From: an uncultured Lachnospiraceae bacterium
GTDB taxonomy: Bacteria > Bacillota > Clostridia > Christensenellales > UBA1242
Length of the DNA: 50,662 nucleotides
Reading direction: 5' to 3'
Assembly (NCBI GenBank): GCA_964437615.1
Contig: CAYTHL010000003.1
Coordinates: forward strand, 1-50,662
How positions within the stretch are numbered: position 1 is the first letter of the stretch; every line of letters starts with the position of its first letter. Of the stretch, positions 50,008 to 50,662 are shown piece after piece. The position numbers and the translations under genes are program-made. The notes beneath the pieces were generated by a model. That model worked only from the letters and a program-made list of their open reading frames with translations. It ran no database searches and was not told the DNA's origin.

Positions 50008-50364
50008 TTATTTTAATCTTTCGTCAACAATATTGTAAATGTCTTGACACACTCCGTCTAGATTTTCTAATATGTCACAATTAAAATATCTAACCACTTT
50101 AATCCCTCTTTGATTAAAATAGTCTGTACGAAGTTTGTCATAATTTATGCTAGGGCTTTCTGTATGTTGTCCACCATCAATTTCTACCACAAGTTTAGCT
50201 TTGGCACAATAAAAATCTGCTATGTAATTACCTATCATATGTTGTCTATAAAATTTTGGCTCAAAAGATATTAGATATTTATACCATAATATGGACTCAT
50301 ATCGTGTCATTTTCTTACGCAACGCATTAGCTAAAGGTTTATTTTTCTTGCGGTAATAATACAT
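50008..50364 (-). CDS. DUF559 (Vsr/restriction-endonuclease-like fold) domain protein
   Basis: 118 aa. ..ESILWYKYL..FYRQHMIGNYIADFYCAKAKLVVEIDGGQH..D..R..YFNQRGIKVVRY.. matches the DUF559 endonuclease-like pattern. GGAG lies 8 nt upstream of the ATG. Confidence 0.75.
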   Translation of the reverse strand: MYYYRKKNKPLANALRKKMTRYESILWYKYLISFEPKFYRQHMIGNYIADFYCAKAKLVVEIDGGQHTESPSINYDKLRTDYFNQRGIKVVRYFNCDILENLDGVCQDIYNIVDERLK

Positions 50365-50462
50365 GAATATACTCCAATATGTACATATTTTTTACTCAGC
50401 TTACGGCTAGTTTTTTACTATGTAACGACAACCATTAGAAATGTGCCAGTTAGTTGTAATTT

Positions 50463-50620
50463 GGGCCCATAGGTTTTTATCAAAAACCGTATGGGGCAAG
50501 GAATATGCTTGCCAACAAATGGAGTTTTAGCATTTAGCCAAAACGACTTATATTTGGCAAGTATGTGACGCAGTAAGGGGGCTGTCTGCCATGCGGCAAA
50601 TCTTTGCGGCAGACTGAGGG
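50463..50620 (+). repeat. GC-rich structured repeat element, copy 2 (158 nt)
   Basis: Same orientation as copy 1. Differences are limited to ggggtcccc versus gggccc at the 5' end, tttctat versus tttttat, and ttttggc versus ttttagc. Confidence 0.85.
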
Positions 50621-50662
50621 CTTTAACAAATATAATTATTTTTAAGAACGCAAAACAGAGTG

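Overview
AT-rich, Gram-positive (Clostridia-like, probably spore-forming) chromosomal segment. It looks origin-proximal: soj/parA and spo0J/parB are followed by three parS sites, a yyaC-like gene, ftsH, uppP and ychF, which echoes the Bacillus soj-spo0J-yyaC...yyaF neighbourhood. The largest feature is missing from the supplied ORF track. Positions 1-18417 form one continuous minus-strand reading frame of at least 6,139 codons, still open at the window edge. It encodes a giant surface protein with an N-terminal anchor, BspA-type LRRs and dozens of Listeria-Bacteroides (InlB B-repeat) modules. A second large surface protein of about 1,931 aa (43688-49483) carries the same repeat type at its C-terminus, so the two genes occupy nearly half the window. 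Housekeeping content comprises a VanW-domain protein, CCA-adding enzyme, SpoIID-like lipoprotein, a canonical heterodimeric ABC exporter pair, rubrerythrin, CvpA, FtsH with a long K/A/S/T-rich tail, and a cardiolipin synthase broken by one frameshift. The most unusual items are four. (1) A translationally coupled pair of ABC-exporter-like proteins has degenerate ATPase motifs in both subunits. (2) A 40-aa Cys/Ser/Lys-rich peptide gene lies just downstream of that pair, below the ORF-track size cut-off. (3) A ~160-nt GC-rich, highly structured element occurs in two ~98% identical direct copies flanking a DUF559 endonuclease-like gene. (4) A GC-rich 67-bp tandem repeat sits between the convergent ychF and cls genes. 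I recognised no rRNA, tRNA, CRISPR array, transposase or integrase.
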